NCBI GenBank assembly: GCA_001643675.2
Contig: LSRY02000041.1
Coordinates: 372,001-436,000 of the forward strand
Length of the DNA: 64,000 bases
Source: Monocercomonoides exilis PA203
Lineage: Eukaryota; Protista; Preaxostyla
Direction: 5' to 3'
Positions 62,345 through 64,000 of this stretch are shown in pieces (position 1 is the stretch's first letter; the number at the start of each line of letters is the position of its first letter). The notes beneath the pieces were generated by a model. That model ran no database searches and was not told the origin of the DNA. It saw only the letters and a program-made list of their open reading frames with translations. The translations under genes and the position numbers were made by a program.

Positions 62345-62988
62345 AATTAGCAAAAACTAACGAAACTTGGATCAAATAGTCTTCTAATTTTTCTTTTTCC
62401 TGAACTTTGATCTGCAGAATTTTCTTCTTCAATATTTTCCAAATCATCATTCAAAATTCTTCGATAAACTCTTTTTTTCTTTGACTTAAATGGAAGAGAA
62501 TCTTCAATGTTTTCTGTTTCATCTTCGGCTTCAGAACATTTCGCTCTTGTTCGATTATATTAATTTTCTTCTTTCATTTCCAAAAAAAGCTTCATTTATG
62601 AGCAGTATTCCGTAAAAAATCAAAACGATTTGAATAAGTGGGCAAAGGAAATGAAGAGTGTTTTGGCAATTAACGTAAAACTGGTCCTGATGATTAAATC
62701 AAAACACCACTTGTTTCAAAGGCATTCTTAATTACTGATGGTGCGAATGCATAGAGAAGAGCTTGAGGAAGGATGCCTGCTAAAGCCTTTCTGTTGGAAG
62801 AAGCAGTTGAAGATTGTGGGATTTCTATTGATGAACTAATAACAGATATAAGAACAGCAAAAACACCTCTATCGAGAGATTGCGAAATATGTGTTGTGTG
62901 AGGAATACAGTCGAAATCGGATACAATCACATCGAAAATAATCAACATCTGTTATGGTCACAATTTTCCATGCACTGACATTTTTTGC
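62345..62988 (-). pseudogene. 3' remnant of a pogo/Fot1/Tigger-type (DDE_1) transposase
   Basis: CIPHTTHISQSLDRGVF matches the LPphTThllQPLDvgvF motif carrying the third catalytic Asp, followed by VIKNAFETSGV (ikNaFrktGi) and an acidic/basic tail with frameshifts. Confidence 0.75.
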
Positions 62989-63060
62989 TAGACCTGTGCG
63001 ACAAGTGGCAATTTTTGCCAGTAACTGACACAGGTGACCGACATGACAATTTTTTTTGAT
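62989..63060. mobile_element. Probable left end of another TIR element of the TA(N)ACCTGTG family
   Basis: TAGACCTGTGCGAC resembles TATACCTGTGTGAC (12/14), is followed by TGAC motifs and lies about where pogo similarity stops. No matching right end or TSD was found. Confidence 0.4.
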
Positions 63061-64000
63061 CAAAACCTTCATTTATTAAAAAATTCATTTTCATTATTTT
63101 TGTGAAAAAAGAAAAAGATAATTCTCCACCAAGTGAGAAAATATATATTAACCTATATTGAAACATTTTATGAATAAAATAAAACTAGAAATTCAAATCG
63201 TGAAGATAAAATTATGTGAAAAATGGGTTTGTGACAAGATCAGCGAAACTTGGAATTTTTTTGCCACTGGAAGTCACTTCTGTCACTGACTTCACTTCCT
63301 GTCAGAGAAGCGAAACTGCTTGAAAAAGAAACAGAAGATTATATTAACTTGTTTGACTTTTGAAATGTTGTTTATTTCATTTCACATAAAGAATAATCCA
63401 TAATTTTTCTTTTCGTTTTCAGAAATTTTTTTTTTCAAAGATATGAGCACAAAACCAACCAGCAAGTATTACAGTTTCATTTTTCGTTTTATTCGATAAC
63501 AAAAACTCCACAAAGCTTAACATGAAATGAATTTTGTTTTGCAAATTGTTCAAATTGATTATCTTATTCATTATAAATTATATTGTGTTGTTTTAACTTT
63601 TTCAAATAAAAAAGATGGAATTGACATTTATTTTTCTCTTTGCATGTGAGGCTTCTTGTTTAAAATAGATTTGAATCATGTGCTCTTTAAAAAGAATATG
63701 TGAAGTTAATTGTGTTTTCGATGTCAAAATTTCCTGCCTGGCGAGTGAAAAATAGAACTTGTTAATGATCATTGCAATTGATAAAGGTTGTTGTTGAATG
63801 GTGTCCGAAAATTAATTTTATTTATTAAATCTGATTCTTATGATCATTTTTTTCTCACTTTGATCATTCGTCTTTTTTAAATATATACTTTAGATATTTT
63901 TCTCGCAAACGCTATTCTTAATGAGGTCATCATTTTTTCTTCATATGACTGTAATCATTCTTGCTTTCGTTCTGTCTTTCCATTCAAAGAACATTCGAAG

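Noticed and set aside
63225-63320. Right end for the element starting at 62989
   Set aside because: Contains inverted sub-motifs, but in non-collinear order, with no terminal CAGGTNTA and no TSD.
1-64000. Alternative genetic code (TAR=Gln, known in some oxymonads)
   Set aside because: Multi-kilobase ORFs have no in-frame TAA/TAG, and genes end in TAA (15106), TAG (21279) and TGA (18627).

Overview
AT-rich eukaryotic genomic DNA with short, mostly GT-AG introns, standard genetic code (TAA, TAG and TGA all end genes) and poly-Ser/poly-Glu-rich proteins. The gene families look like those of an oxymonad such as Monocercomonoides; this is recognition from memory, not a database hit. The left 54 kb holds a PIP-box protein running off the left edge, a 4,210-aa intronless beta-helix surface protein, two paralogs of a lineage-specific helical family and a MITE-rich AT island. 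It also holds a FYRN/FYRC protein, an Atg18/WIPI PROPPIN, a type-B carboxylesterase, a glyoxalase-II-like MBL hydrolase with 5-nt and 17-nt microexons, a Ser-rich hypothetical protein, a PTB/hnRNP-L-like 4-RRM protein and a giant SMCR8. The right 10 kb is a transposon nest and the main discovery. Two unrelated non-autonomous DNA transposons, each with terminal inverted repeats (TIRs) and a perfect 8-bp target-site duplication (TSD), lie 48 bp apart (54219-57688 and 57737-62303) at the 3' end of a decayed pogo-type DDE transposase. Each carries a captured fragment of the same beta-helix surface-protein superfamily as the giant gene, which suggests Pack-type transposons that copy and shuffle surface-protein modules. 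Exon boundaries were inferred by hand from splice signals and reading-frame continuity.
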